Assembly (NCBI GenBank): GCA_016870195.1
Contig: VGCC01000004.1
Location: forward strand, 36,843-100,842
Origin: Actinomycetota bacterium
GTDB taxonomy: Bacteria > Actinomycetota > Actinomycetes > S36-B12
Direction of reading: 5' to 3'
Length of the DNA: 64,000 nucleotides
Under the pieces are notes generated by a model. The model did no database searches and was not told the origin of the DNA. It was given only the letters and a program-made list of their open reading frames with translations. The position numbers and the translations under genes were made by a program. Below, piece by piece: positions 22,178 to 32,308 of the stretch (positions are counted from its first letter, which is position 1; every line of letters begins with the position of its first letter).

Positions 22178-23193
22178 CACGCGGTGTTCCGGCCCCGGCC
22201 GGAGACATCGACGAAGGGGTCGCCTGGCATTACGGAGATCCGCATGCGGAGCAACGACTCCTCGCGTCCGGGCGCGGTGTGGTCGATCTCTCCCACTTCG
22301 ACGTCGTAACAGTGTCGGGGCCCGATCGGCTCACCTGGCTGCATGCCCTCACCACGCAGCACCTCGAAGGTCTCAGTGCGGGTTCGAGTTCCTTGGCTCT
22401 GATCCTCAGCCCGCATGGGCATGTGGAGTTCGAGCTGCATCTCGTCGATGACGGAGCCACTACCTGGATCATCACGCAACCAGGCACCGCGTCCGCACTT
22501 GTCGCCCACCTCGAATCGATGAAGTTCATGACGCGAGTGGAGATTGCCGATCGCACTCCGGATTTCGCGGTCGTCTGGGAACCCACCATGGAGCGCGACC
22601 TCAAACACCCGACGTGGATCGAGCCGGCGGACTTCGCCGGCACCGGTCGTGTCGATGCCGGCAGTGACCGGGGTGGGAGTGCGGATAAGTACGTCCCGTC
22701 TCGTCCACATGGCTTCCCGGGGCGTGAGGTGATCCTGCCCAGATCGGACTTCGCCGATCGCGTCGTCCGAGAGCCTGCCGGAACGTGGGCATGGAACGCC
22801 ATGCGCGTTGCTGCCGCGGTGCCCCGGGTGGGTCAGGAGACCGACCACCGCACGCTCCCTCATGAAGTGGGATGGATCGGACCCGCAGTTCACCTGGCGA
22901 AGGGCTGTTACCGAGGTCAGGAAACCGTTGCGCGCGTGCACAATCTCGGGCGCCCGCCGCGACGCCTCGCACTCGCACTTCTCGACGGCAGCGACGAAGT
23001 ACTGCCCGCGCACGGGGATCCCGTCTTCTTCGAGGGCGCGGACGTCGGCTGGTTAGGCAGTGCTGCACGACACTACGAACTCGGGCCGATCGCCACCGTC
23101 GTGGTGAAACGCAGCGTTCCCGAGAACGCGACCATCATGGTTCATCACGGCGACGCGCAGATCGCGGGCGCGCTCGAACCGGTCGTGGTCTAG
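22174..23193 (+). CDS. YgfZ/GcvT-like folate-binding protein
   Basis: VSGPDRLTWLH, KGCYRGQETVAR. Confidence 0.9.
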   Translation: MTRGVPAPAGDIDEGVAWHYGDPHAEQRLLASGRGVVDLSHFDVVTVSGPDRLTWLHALTTQHLEGLSAGSSSLALILSPHGHVEFELHLVDDGATTWIITQPGTASALVAHLESMKFMTRVEIADRTPDFAVVWEPTMERDLKHPTWIEPADFAGTGRVDAGSDRGGSADKYVPSRPHGFPGREVILPRSDFADRVVREPAGTWAWNAMRVAAAVPRVGQETDHRTLPHEVGWIGPAVHLAKGCYRGQETVARVHNLGRPPRRLALALLDGSDEVLPAHGDPVFFEGADVGWLGSAARHYELGPIATVVVKRSVPENATIMVHHGDAQIAGALEPVVV

Positions 23194-23669
23194 TCCGCGC
23201 TATCCATGACGAGCGTCATGGGTCCGTCGTTCGTGAAGTGGACCTGCATATCCGCCCCGAATCGACCGGTGCTCACCGGCGCGCCCTCGGCGCGAAGTGC
23301 CTCGACGAAGGCCTCGAAGAGTGGTTCCGCGATCGGACCCGGCGCGGCCGCGTCCCAGGTGGGTCGCCGGCCCTTCCGCGTGCTGCCGTAGAGGGTGAAC
23401 TGACTGATGGCCAGCACCGGCAAGCTGCCATCGCGGGCTGAGACCTCGCGTCCGGCATCCGCGGGAATGCGCCCTCCCACCTCCTGCAGGTGCGCCTGCT
23501 CGAAGATGCGCAGGCCGTAGACCCGAGACGCGAGGGCGGCCGCCTCGGCAGCGGTGTCGGTGTGGGTGACCCCGACCAGGACGACCAGGCCTGGCCCCGG
23601 GAACGACCCCACGACCGTCCCGTCGACGCTGACCGAGGCATCCCGGGCCCGCTGCACCACCACGCGCAC
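23190..23669 (-). CDS. dtd: D-aminoacyl-tRNA deacylase
   Basis: RVVVQR, SQFTLY, KGRRP, GRFGADM, NDGPMT. Confidence 0.93.
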   Translation of the reverse strand: MRVVVQRARDASVSVDGTVVGSFPGPGLVVLVGVTHTDTAAEAAALASRVYGLRIFEQAHLQEVGGRIPADAGREVSARDGSLPVLAISQFTLYGSTRKGRRPTWDAAAPGPIAEPLFEAFVEALRAEGAPVSTGRFGADMQVHFTNDGPMTLVMDSAD

Positions 23670-23717
23670 CACCGAAGCCTGGCATGCCGCATCGCTAACT
23701 ACGGCTAGCGATTGCGT

Positions 23718-23729
23718 TTGCAATTGCAA
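23718..23729. promoter_or_regulatory. Perfect palindrome TTGCAATTGCAA, candidate operator of the adjacent XRE regulator
   Basis: 12-bp palindrome in the promoter between dtd and the HTH gene. Confidence 0.5.
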
Positions 23730-23752
23730 GCACCCTGTGGCACCCTGGAGGC

Positions 23753-24136
23753 ATGCCTCTCAACGTCGGATCCCTCGGGGACTTCATCCGCGAGCAGCGG
23801 GACCAGGCCCAGATGTCCCTGCGGCAACTCGCGAAGGCAGCCGAGATTTCGAACCCCTACTTGAGCCAGGTGGAACGGGGGCTTCGGAAGCCGAGCGCGG
23901 AGATCCTCAACCGGATCGCCCAGGGGCTCCGCATCTCCGCCGAGACCCTGTACGTCCAGGCAGGAATCCTCGACGAGCGTGCCGGGGATGCCGCCGTCAC
24001 CACCGCGATCGCGGCTGACATGACCTTGACCGAGCGGCAGCGCACAACGCTGTTGCAGATCTACGCGGCCTTCCAGGCCGAGAACACCACCCACCGTGGC
24101 GCAGAGGATTCTGCGTCGCCCGCAAAGGAGCACTGA
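23753..24136 (+). CDS. XRE-family HTH regulator (Rv0474-like)
   Basis: SLGDFIREQR, SLRQLA, SNPYLSQVERGLRKPSAEIL. Confidence 0.9.
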   Translation: MPLNVGSLGDFIREQRDQAQMSLRQLAKAAEISNPYLSQVERGLRKPSAEILNRIAQGLRISAETLYVQAGILDERAGDAAVTTAIAADMTLTERQRTTLLQIYAAFQAENTTHRGAEDSASPAKEH

Positions 24137-24137
24137 A

Positions 24138-24353
24138 ATGACGCAATACCTCAACCCCACCTTCGTGATCGGAACCGCCAAGGACGTCGCCAGCGCAGCC
24201 GCGGGCGTCGTCGCCAAGGTCCCGACCAAGCAGGTGACGCTCTCTGTTCCGGACATCACGCTGCCCAACGTCGACGTGCGCGCACTCGCCACGACCACGC
24301 GCGAGAACCTCGGCAAGACCGTTGTGCTCGTGCGCGAGGCCGTCGGGATTTGA
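24138..24353 (+). CDS. Small hypothetical protein (71 aa) in the hbhA syntenic position
   Basis: SD AAGGAG then ATG; lies between the Rv0474-like and DUF2516 genes. Confidence 0.65.
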   Translation: MTQYLNPTFVIGTAKDVASAAAGVVAKVPTKQVTLSVPDITLPNVDVRALATTTRENLGKTVVLVREAVGI

Positions 24354-24383
24354 CGGATTCGCCCGGGATTTGACGGATTCGCC
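24344..24383 (+). repeat. Perfect 20-bp tandem duplication CGGGATTTGACGGATTCGCC x2
   Basis: Read directly; spans the upstream stop codon. Confidence 0.9.
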
Positions 24384-24403
24384 GAACCCGTTAGCGTGGA
24401 AGC

Positions 24404-24685
24404 ATGTTCGATGCTGTCCAAGGTCTCGTGGTCCTCGTTCTCTGGGGACTCTTCCTCGTAGTCAAGGGATACGCCTTCGTTGACTGCATTCGACGCCCCA
24501 CCGCAGCTTTTCCGGCGGTGGGGCGTCAGTCCAAGGTGCTGTGGATGATCCTCACGGGCGCGGCACTTCTGACTGGCCTGCTTCCCGGGATGACCCTGAA
24601 CATAATCGGGATCGCCGGGACCGTCGCCTCGCTGATCTACCTGTTCGACGTGCGGCCCAAGATCCGGGAGATCACCGGACGCTGA
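24404..24685 (+). CDS. DUF2516 family membrane protein
   Basis: AFVDC..R...AFPAVG.QSK..W..IL, YLFDVRPKI; leaderless TAGCGT box. Confidence 0.85.
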   Translation: MFDAVQGLVVLVLWGLFLVVKGYAFVDCIRRPTAAFPAVGRQSKVLWMILTGAALLTGLLPGMTLNIIGIAGTVASLIYLFDVRPKIREITGR

Positions 24686-25796
24686 CCTGCTTCCGTTCCC
24701 AGCGGACCGCACTCGTGCTCAGGGCGACTCCCGCGAGAAGCACGACTCCGACCACGATCGCCATCGCCCGTTCATCTAGTTCGGTGAACGCCGCGGACGC
24801 AGCCTCGATCGCGGCGAGAACCACCGTCACGCCACCGAGGATCGCGATGATGCGTATGCGCGTCGGCCGTAGCGACAGGGCGATCACGGTGAATCCGACG
24901 TACGTCAGCATCAGCGAATTGGTCAGCTCGGTGCCGTAGAGGCTTTCCAGGATGTCACCCTCCTTGGTGATGGCGACCGAGGACAGACTCAGGCTCGCCG
25001 TCCCGATCCCGAGTATCGCGATCGCGTGGCCGAGGAGGTAGAGCAGAAGGAGCCCAGCGCCTGTCGGTGTTCCTCGATTCCACAGCACGTCGAAGTACTG
25101 CGCCCAGGTCAAGCCGAGCAGGAACACCACCAGGACGATTCCGAGGATGTTCGGCCGACCACCGAGCTGGGAGCCGACCGCGATCTCCAGGAAGGACTCA
25201 CCGACCACGATCAGGAAGAGTTGTGCAAGGCGCTCGCTGAGATGCTCGCGATTGATCGGCATCTGACGGTCCATGCGCGGGAGGAACAGCAGGAAGTACC
25301 CGCCCACGATGACGAGAAAGGAGAATGCCAGCGCGAAGATGTTGAAGGACTGTGGCGTGAAGGCGTTGACCCCAAGGATGAGCGCCGCGATGAATGCTCC
25401 CCATCCTGCGTGGCGCTGCAAATCAGCAGGTGATCCCACCTCACGTGCAACGGTCCGAGCGAGGAGCCCAAGCGTCACGAAGACGATCGCGAAGAAGAAG
25501 AGGCCGACGTTGTCGTCAACGCTGCTCGTCTGCGCGGCGATCAAGACAGTGCCGATCAGTGCACCCATCTGGGCGAAGACGAGAAAGCGCACCCAGGTGG
25601 ATTGATCGCGAAGCCGGTTGAGGGCGAACGTGGTCATCAGCCAGACGCTAAAGAGGAGGAGGACGATGAAGCTGAGCCACCATTGATTCTCGGCGGAGAA
25701 GTCCTGCTTCATCGACATGAAGATGATCAGCGTGCATGCCGCGAAGATCAGGTCGTAGAAGAGTTCCAGCCATCCGACCCGGCTCTGGCTACTCAT
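24672..25796 (-). CDS. Low temperature requirement A (LtrA)-like membrane protein
   Basis: WLELFYDLIF, HLSERLAQLFLIVVGES. Confidence 0.8.
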   Translation of the reverse strand: MSSQSRVGWLELFYDLIFAACTLIIFMSMKQDFSAENQWWLSFIVLLLFSVWLMTTFALNRLRDQSTWVRFLVFAQMGALIGTVLIAAQTSSVDDNVGLFFFAIVFVTLGLLARTVAREVGSPADLQRHAGWGAFIAALILGVNAFTPQSFNIFALAFSFLVIVGGYFLLFLPRMDRQMPINREHLSERLAQLFLIVVGESFLEIAVGSQLGGRPNILGIVLVVFLLGLTWAQYFDVLWNRGTPTGAGLLLLYLLGHAIAILGIGTASLSLSSVAITKEGDILESLYGTELTNSLMLTYVGFTVIALSLRPTRIRIIAILGGVTVVLAAIEAASAAFTELDERAMAIVVGVVLLAGVALSTSAVRWERKQVSVR

Positions 25797-26513
25797 CTAG
25801 TCCTCCAGTGCGATTCTAATGCGGCGGAACCCCTTGCCCTTGTTCTCCACCTTCAGGACCTGCATGCGCCCGATGTGAGCCGTCGACGCGACGTGCGTTC
25901 CGCCATCGGCCTGCACGTCGAGGCCCGTGATATCCACGATACGCACGATCTCGATGGTTGGAGGCAGGAGATTGGTTGCGGTCCGGATGACGTCGGGGAT
26001 CTGAAACGCCTCGTCGCGTGGCAACTCGTAGGCTTTGATCGCTCGATCGGTGACGACTTCCACATTGCAGGCTTCCTCGACGGCCTCCTTGAAGCCTTCC
26101 GGGACCGTGTCCAGGTTGAAGTCGAGCCGACCACTCAGCGGGTCCATGTTGCTGCCCGTCACCAGCGCACCGAAGTCGCGGAAGACCACACCGGAGAGCA
26201 GGTGCAGTCCGGAATGGGTGCGCATGAGTGCTGTTCGCCGTTCGTCCTCGATCGCACCCTGGACCTGGGTGCCCGCGGGAGGCAGCGGGTCACCCTCGGC
26301 AGGGATCAACCAGTAGTCGCCTAGCCGACGCACATCGATGATGCGCGTCTGCACCCCGCCCCACTGGAGCACCCCGTGATCGGGAGGCTGGCCGCCACCA
26401 CCGGGGTAGAAGGCCGAGCGGTCGAGGACGATCCCCTGCTCGGGATCGGCGGCCAGGACGGTCGCGGTCCATTCCCGCAGCGTGGAGTCAGCGAGGTCGA
26501 GACGGACCGTCAT
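25797..26513 (-). CDS. Free-standing alanyl-tRNA editing protein (AlaX)
   Basis: [31 protein letters not shown]. Confidence 0.9.
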   Translation of the reverse strand: MTVRLDLADSTLREWTATVLAADPEQGIVLDRSAFYPGGGGQPPDHGVLQWGGVQTRIIDVRRLGDYWLIPAEGDPLPPAGTQVQGAIEDERRTALMRTHSGLHLLSGVVFRDFGALVTGSNMDPLSGRLDFNLDTVPEGFKEAVEEACNVEVVTDRAIKAYELPRDEAFQIPDVIRTATNLLPPTIEIVRIVDITGLDVQADGGTHVASTAHIGRMQVLKVENKGKGFRRIRIALED

Positions 26514-27262
26514 CGACGGCCTTGGGCGGCAACCGCAGCCGCCGCTTCCGCCGCCGCTGCCGGATCGAGGTACTCCCCTCCGGGGACCACCGGCCGCATG
26601 TCGTCGTCGAGGCGGTAGACCAGGGGAATCCCGGTCGGGATGTTCAACGCGGCGATGTCCTCGTCGGAGATGCCATCGAGATGCTTGACCAATGCGCGGA
26701 GTGAGTTCCCGTGGGCGGCGACGAGCACGGTGTCACCCCGCCGCAGACCCTCGGCGACGATCACGTCCTGCCAGTAGGGGATGAGCCTGCGCACCACATC
26801 CGCGAGGCACTCCGTCCGGGGGCGCGCCTCAGGCGGGAGTGCCGCGTAGCGCGGGTCGTATGTCTGGGCGAACTCGCTATCCGGGTTGATGGGCGGGGGA
26901 GGAACGTCGTAGGACCTGCGCCACAGCATGAATTGCTCCTCACCGAATTCCGCGAGGGTCTGCGCCTTGTCCTTCCCTTGCAGTGCGCCGTAGTGGCGTT
27001 CGTTGAGTCGCCAGTTGCGCACCGCCGGGATCCAGAGCCGATCGCATTCGGCGAGAGCCAGGTGGGCAGTGGTGATCGCGCGTGAAAGCAAGCTCGTATG
27101 CACGACGTCGGGGAGGATCCCCGCCTCGGCAAGGAGTTGGCCACCGCGGGCAGCCTCGGCACGACCCTTGTCGGTCAAGCCGACGTCGACCCAGCCGGTG
27201 AAGAGATTGCGCGCATTCCATTCGCTCTCGCCGTGCCGGAGCAGGATGAGGGTCGAGGTCAT
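26510..27262 (-). CDS. gpmA: 2,3-BPG-dependent phosphoglycerate mutase
   Basis: [39 protein letters not shown]. Confidence 0.96.
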   Translation of the reverse strand: MTSTLILLRHGESEWNARNLFTGWVDVGLTDKGRAEAARGGQLLAEAGILPDVVHTSLLSRAITTAHLALAECDRLWIPAVRNWRLNERHYGALQGKDKAQTLAEFGEEQFMLWRRSYDVPPPPINPDSEFAQTYDPRYAALPPEARPRTECLADVVRRLIPYWQDVIVAEGLRRGDTVLVAAHGNSLRALVKHLDGISDEDIAALNIPTGIPLVYRLDDDMRPVVPGGEYLDPAAAAEAAAAVAAQGRR

Positions 27263-27279
27263 GGCCCCATCCTGCCGGA

Positions 27280-27774
27280 TCACGCATCAGGTTCGAGCGG
27301 ATGGAGCAAGTGCGCGAAGGCTGAAAGGTTGTCGACGGGGAGACCTTTCTCGGTACGCCACTCCCACTCACGGCGGATGGCGCTGGAGAAACCCAGTTCC
27401 AGGATGGTGTTGAACGAGGCATCCGAGTACTCAAGAACGCAGCCGAGGATCCGATCGAGTTCCTCCGGCGATACCGCGGTCAGAGCCACCCGGCCGGTGA
27501 GGTAGATGTCGCCGAGGTGATCCAGGCTGAAGGCGAGTGCGTAGAGGCGACGGTTCTGCTCAAGCAACCAGCGGTAGACCTCCGCGTGGTTCTCATCCGG
27601 ACGACGTGAGACGAATGCATTGACGGTGAGTGCCGATGTTCCGAGTGTCAGGCTGCAGGTGGTGCGCAGTTTGCGTTCGCCCGGGAGCGTGACGACCACG
27701 GTGGTGGCATTCGCGCGTTCCCACGGAACGCCGATCCCATCGAGGATCTGCTCGATACTGGCGACGGTGGTCAT
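27280..27774 (-). CDS. YbjN domain protein
   Basis: LPGERKL.T, FV.RRPDENH, LELGF..AIRREW.WR; mshA-ybjN-gpmA synteny. Confidence 0.85.
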   Translation of the reverse strand: MTTVASIEQILDGIGVPWERANATTVVVTLPGERKLRTTCSLTLGTSALTVNAFVSRRPDENHAEVYRWLLEQNRRLYALAFSLDHLGDIYLTGRVALTAVSPEELDRILGCVLEYSDASFNTILELGFSSAIRREWEWRTEKGLPVDNLSAFAHLLHPLEPDA

Positions 27775-27781
27775 CGATGCC

Positions 27782-29047
27782 TCACGGGGAGACGAGGCTG
27801 AGCCGCGGATGGGACTCCTGAAGTGCCGCGTGATACGTCTCAAGCAGTCCTCGGGTGGTGTTGTCCCATCCGAATCCGGCCGCATGCATGCGGGCACCCG
27901 CCTGGAGTTCCACCATCCGGGCATTGTGTGACACCAGCCGCAGGATGGTCTCGGCGTACATGCGCGGATCGTGCCCGGCGACGAGTGCACCACTCACGCC
28001 GTCGGCCACCGCTGTGCGCAAACCACCGACCGATGCAGCGACCACAGGTGTCCCACACGCCTGCGACTCCACCGCGACCAGGCCGAAGGATTCCGAATGC
28101 GATGGCACGACGGTGAGATCCGCTGCTCGGTACCAATCGGCAAGGGATGCGCGATCCCCCGGTGGTTCAAAGCGCACGATGTCCTGGATCCCGAGCGCGC
28201 GGGCCTGTTCGATCAGTGCGTTCGGACGGTCGAGGCCACTTCCCGAGGGACCTCCGCATACGACGACGCGCAAGCGTTCCCGTATCGCAGGATCCTGGGC
28301 CATCACAGCGGCTGCTCCGAGCAGCACATCGGGTGCTTTGAGCGGTTGGATTCGTCCGACGAAGAGCAAAACGATCGAATCCGACGCGAGGCCCTTGGCT
28401 CGCCGAGCCGACGCTCGATCTTCAGGGGTGAATGTTGCGAGGTCCACACCCGGATGCACGATGTCGACTCGTTGTGGGTCCGCCCCGTAGAGCTCGATGA
28501 GTTGTCGTTTCTCATCGGCAGTGTTGGCGACGAGGCGTGTCGCGGCGTCCACGACCTGTTGTTCGCCGATCACCCGCACCTCGGGTTCTGGTGTATCCCC
28601 GGCTGCGAGTTCCGCGTTCTTCACGCGCGCCATCGTGTGCATGCTGTGGACGAGGGGGACGTTCCACCGCTCGGATGCCAGCCAGCCCACCTGTCCGGAG
28701 AGCCAGTAGTGGGAATGGATGAGGTCGAACCACCCTTCGGGCCGTGAGGCCTCCGCACGCAGAAGTCCAGCGGTCACCGCACACAACTGCCCGGGGAGTT
28801 GGTCCTTCGTCAATCCTTCAAAGGGGCCGGCGGTGACGTGGCGGACGGTGACCCCCGGTGCCAACTCGACCGAGGGGGGAAGGCTCGACGACGTCGCTCG
28901 GGTGTAGATCTCCACCTCGATGCCAGCCTCGGCGATGCGCGTGCTCGTCTCGACGACGTAGACGTTCATGCCTCCGGCGTCTCCCGTCCCGGGCTGATCC
29001 AGGGGGGACGTATGAATCGAGAGGACGGCGATGCGCCGAAGGGCCAT
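27782..29047 (-). CDS. mshA: D-inositol-3-phosphate glycosyltransferase
   Basis: [46 protein letters not shown]. Confidence 0.96.
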   Translation of the reverse strand: MALRRIAVLSIHTSPLDQPGTGDAGGMNVYVVETSTRIAEAGIEVEIYTRATSSSLPPSVELAPGVTVRHVTAGPFEGLTKDQLPGQLCAVTAGLLRAEASRPEGWFDLIHSHYWLSGQVGWLASERWNVPLVHSMHTMARVKNAELAAGDTPEPEVRVIGEQQVVDAATRLVANTADEKRQLIELYGADPQRVDIVHPGVDLATFTPEDRASARRAKGLASDSIVLLFVGRIQPLKAPDVLLGAAAVMAQDPAIRERLRVVVCGGPSGSGLDRPNALIEQARALGIQDIVRFEPPGDRASLADWYRAADLTVVPSHSESFGLVAVESQACGTPVVAASVGGLRTAVADGVSGALVAGHDPRMYAETILRLVSHNARMVELQAGARMHAAGFGWDNTTRGLLETYHAALQESHPRLSLVSP

Positions 29048-29077
29048 GGGAGGAGTGTGACGCATACCCCGGGGGCG

Positions 29078-29740
29078 TCAGCCGTCCAGGGTGACACCCA
29101 CGTAGGGCTCGCCGGTCACGATGGTGACGACTCTCCGGGTCACGGACACGGCGTGATCGGCGTAGCGCTCGTAGTAGCGGGAGAGCAGCGTCACATCGAT
29201 CGCCGCCTCGACACCGTGGGACCAGGTGGGGGAGAGCACGATCGTGAACAGTTCCCGGTGGAGCCGATCCATCTCCTGGTCGTGACGGGCGATGTCCGTC
29301 CCCAATGTGACGTCCTTGCTCGCGATCACCTGGCCGGTCTTGGAGACGATGTCCTCGGCCAGGCGCCCCATCTGCGCGAAGGTCTCCCGAAGTTCCGTGG
29401 GTACTGCGGGTCGGGGGTGGCGCATGCGCGCCTGCTTGGCCACGTGCTCGGCGAGGTCGCCCATGCGTTCCAGGGAGCCCGCCATGCGCATGGCCCCGAG
29501 TACCACGCGGAGATCGGAGGCCACGGGCTGCTGGAGAGCGATGATCTCGAAACAGCGATCCTCGACGTCGCTGGTGAGGGCGTCCACCCGTGCGTCCGCC
29601 TCGATCACCGACTCGGCGAGGGAGAGATCGGCATCGAGGAGGGCTTGCGTGGCCTTGTTCATCGCGGACCCCACCACGCGGGTCATTTCGACGAGATCGT
29701 CGGTGACCTGCTCGAGTTGATCCTGGAATGCCGAGCGCAT
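29078..29740 (-). CDS. phoU: Phosphate signalling protein PhoU
   Basis: LQQPVASDLR, LERMGDLAEH, RYYERYADHAV. Confidence 0.95.
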   Translation of the reverse strand: MRSAFQDQLEQVTDDLVEMTRVVGSAMNKATQALLDADLSLAESVIEADARVDALTSDVEDRCFEIIALQQPVASDLRVVLGAMRMAGSLERMGDLAEHVAKQARMRHPRPAVPTELRETFAQMGRLAEDIVSKTGQVIASKDVTLGTDIARHDQEMDRLHRELFTIVLSPTWSHGVEAAIDVTLLSRYYERYADHAVSVTRRVVTIVTGEPYVGVTLDG

Positions 29741-29801
29741 AGAACCTCCCGCACCAAGAGTAGGTGCCGATGGGGACTTCGCCGGCGTTAGCGGGGCCGA
29801 T

Positions 29802-29829
29802 GTGAACGATCAGTGCACACTCGGTGAAC
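29802..29829. promoter_or_regulatory. PHO box in the phoU/senX3 divergent promoter
   Basis: GTGAAC/GTGCAC/GTGAAC at 29802, 29813, 29824 (11-bp period). Confidence 0.75.
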
Positions 29830-29901
29830 CCTGGCGGAACTTGGCTGCCATGGTCCGTTGTGTGGGGCGGAGCCGCGACGCAACCCGCCTATCCTGATCA
29901 C

Positions 29902-31035
29902 GTGGCAGCGCGGCGTCGTCCGGGTGAAGTGAGTGCATCGCGCTTTCCGGGCCGCCCCGCCGTCCCCGACGAAGTTGTGCGCGTCCTGTCGATCCTGCCC
30001 TCTGCATCGCTTGTGGTCGCCCCTGATGGGGCCGTTTTGCGAGCCAGCACCCGGGCAACTGCCCTGGGGCTCGTCAGCAAGGGAACGATCGGTATCCCGA
30101 ACATCCTCTCCCTGGTGCATCAGGTGGCCGACGATGGGAATGCGCGTGAACAGGAGATGCGGGTTCGTCGCCCACCGCTGGGACGTGAACTCCTCGAGTT
30201 GCGTGCCCGAGTCGCGCCGCTGGGAACAGGAGCGATCCTCGTTCTGATCGATGACCTCGCCGAGGAGCGCCGCGTTGAGGCGGTACGCCGGGACTTTGTC
30301 GCCAACGTCAGTCATGAGTTGAAGACGCCCGTGGGCGCCATGTCCCTTCTCGCCGAGGCGCTTCTCTCGAGTTCGGATGATCCCGAGCAGGTGCGCCACT
30401 TCGCCGAGCGGATGCAGGTGGAGGCGACGCGATTGACAGAGCTCATTCAGGACGTCATCGATCTTTCGCGCCTTCAGTCCGATGACCCGCTGATTCGTGG
30501 TGAAGTCATCGACGTCGACGAACTCGTGGCGAGGTCGATGGAGGAAGTGCGCGTCCAGGCCTCCACGCACGACATCGAAGTGATTTGCGGTGACCCCACG
30601 GGTGCCACCGTCTACGGGGATCGGGGCCAATTGCTCACCGCGTTGCGAAATCTCCTGGTCAATGCGATCCTCTATTCCCCAGTTCACACGCGGGTTTCGA
30701 TCTTCGCGCGGCGTGACGCGAGCATCGTCGAAATCTCGGTGAAGGACCAGGGTCAGGGAATCCCGCCACATGACGTGGACCGAATCTTCGAGCGCTTCTA
30801 CCGAGTTGACCCTGCGCGTTCACGGATCACCGGGGGCACGGGACTCGGTTTGGCGATCGTCAAGCATGTATGTCAAAACCACGGTGGTGAGTGCACGGTG
30901 TGGTCCGAGGTTGGTACCGGATCGACCTTCACTCTCCGGCTTCCGGCCTACGATTCAGGTGTGACAACGACGGGTGAGGTACGCGCATTGCCCATAGATC
31001 TTGTCGTTGCTCCCGAGGGTGGTCGAGGACTGTGA
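29902..31035 (+). CDS. senX3: SenX3/PhoR-type sensor histidine kinase
   Basis: RRDFVANVSHELKTPVGA, RIFERFYRVDPARSR.TGGTGLGLAIVKH; TATCCT -10 box 6 nt before GTG. Confidence 0.88.
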   Translation: MAARRRPGEVSASRFPGRPAVPDEVVRVLSILPSASLVVAPDGAVLRASTRATALGLVSKGTIGIPNILSLVHQVADDGNAREQEMRVRRPPLGRELLELRARVAPLGTGAILVLIDDLAEERRVEAVRRDFVANVSHELKTPVGAMSLLAEALLSSSDDPEQVRHFAERMQVEATRLTELIQDVIDLSRLQSDDPLIRGEVIDVDELVARSMEEVRVQASTHDIEVICGDPTGATVYGDRGQLLTALRNLLVNAILYSPVHTRVSIFARRDASIVEISVKDQGQGIPPHDVDRIFERFYRVDPARSRITGGTGLGLAIVKHVCQNHGGECTVWSEVGTGSTFTLRLPAYDSGVTTTGEVRALPIDLVVAPEGGRGL

Positions 31036-31712
31036 CGCGCGTTCTGGTGGTGGAGGACGAGGAGTCCTTCTCCGACGCTCTGTCCTTCATGCTGCGGCGG
31101 GAAGGCTACGAGGTTCTCGTCGCCTCCGATGGGAACGAGGCGCTGGCCACATTCGACAAGCATGGTGCTGATCTCGTGCTGCTCGATCTGATGCTCCCCG
31201 GTCTCGCGGGCACTGAAGTGTGTCGCCAGATTCGCACCCACTCCGCTGTCCCGATCATCATGCTCACCGCGAAGGACGGTGAGGTGGACAAGGTCGTGGG
31301 ATTGGAACTGGGTGCCGACGATTACGTCACCAAGCCGTTTTCCTCACGCGAACTGCTCGCCCGGGTGCGGGCGGTGCTGCGTCGGCACGGAGAGGTGGAG
31401 GAGATGGTTCCTCCGGCGGTGGAGTCGGGACCGGTGCGCATGGACATCGAGCGGCATGTGGTCACCGTCCGCGGCACGCAGGTCGCGATGCCGCTCAAGG
31501 AATTCGATCTCTTGGAGATCCTGGTCCGCAACTCCGGTCGCGTGCTCACGCGCGGGCAACTCATCGATCGGGTGTGGGGTTCGGATTACGTCGGAGACAC
31601 CAAGACTCTCGATGTGCACATCAAGCGCCTGCGTGCGAAGGTCGAAGAGGATCCATCGAATCCCGTGCACCTGCTGACCGTGCGAGGACTCGGCTACAAG
31701 TACGAGGCCTAA
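31032..31712 (+). CDS. regX3: RegX3/PhoP-type response regulator
   Basis: VEDEESFSDAL, LLDLMLPG, VWGSDYVGDTKTLDVH. Confidence 0.93.
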   Translation: MTRVLVVEDEESFSDALSFMLRREGYEVLVASDGNEALATFDKHGADLVLLDLMLPGLAGTEVCRQIRTHSAVPIIMLTAKDGEVDKVVGLELGADDYVTKPFSSRELLARVRAVLRRHGEVEEMVPPAVESGPVRMDIERHVVTVRGTQVAMPLKEFDLLEILVRNSGRVLTRGQLIDRVWGSDYVGDTKTLDVHIKRLRAKVEEDPSNPVHLLTVRGLGYKYEA

Positions 31713-32200
31713 GCCGCCGGGGGATTGGGCGCTATTCCTTCGTAGAAACTCAGTGGTGGTACCGACAGCACCTGGAGTTCCGCGTCGCCGGACTTCTCGA
31801 ACACGAGGGTGACGTCGACGAACGCGCTCGGCTCTGCGTCGAATCCATACGAGTTGACCCAGAGGTCTGACTCGTAGGCGAAGGGAATGGATGTCCCCGG
31901 GGGGAGATCGACTGTTTCGCCGGTGATGCTCGCGCGTACTCCGTCGATGGTGGCGGCGAGGAGTCGATCAGATTCCGTCCCCTGGTTCACGATGCGCATC
32001 ATCAAAGTCGCACTCTTGCTGCCCTCGGGGCCGGTGACCAACGTGGCGTTCTCAACGCGGATCAGTCCTGCCTGCGCCTGAACACCATTGCCAGTCGATT
32101 GCCCGGCTTGCATAGTGGTTGTGGCATTGGGGCCGCTGAAGCAGCCGGCGAGGGAGAGGGATGCGAGGAGTGCGATGGCTGCTGTGCTCTTTCGGATCAC
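31709..32200 (-). CDS. LpqE-like lipoprotein
   Basis: Lipobox LAGC; position between regX3 and carD. Confidence 0.65.
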   Translation of the reverse strand: MIRKSTAAIALLASLSLAGCFSGPNATTTMQAGQSTGNGVQAQAGLIRVENATLVTGPEGSKSATLMMRIVNQGTESDRLLAATIDGVRASITGETVDLPPGTSIPFAYESDLWVNSYGFDAEPSAFVDVTLVFEKSGDAELQVLSVPPLSFYEGIAPNPPAA

Positions 32201-32308
32201 ATGACCACATTAGCGGCCCGACTGCGTGATGCTCGATCACTCTCACGGCCACGATGGCCCCCCGGGGGGCCGTGTTAGACTCATTGGCCTGGAAAGGATT
32301 CCCCGTAC

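Noticed and set aside
24344-24383. Possible CRISPR remnant
   Set aside because: Only two abutting copies, no spacer and no cas genes; the same holds for the groEL-end repeat
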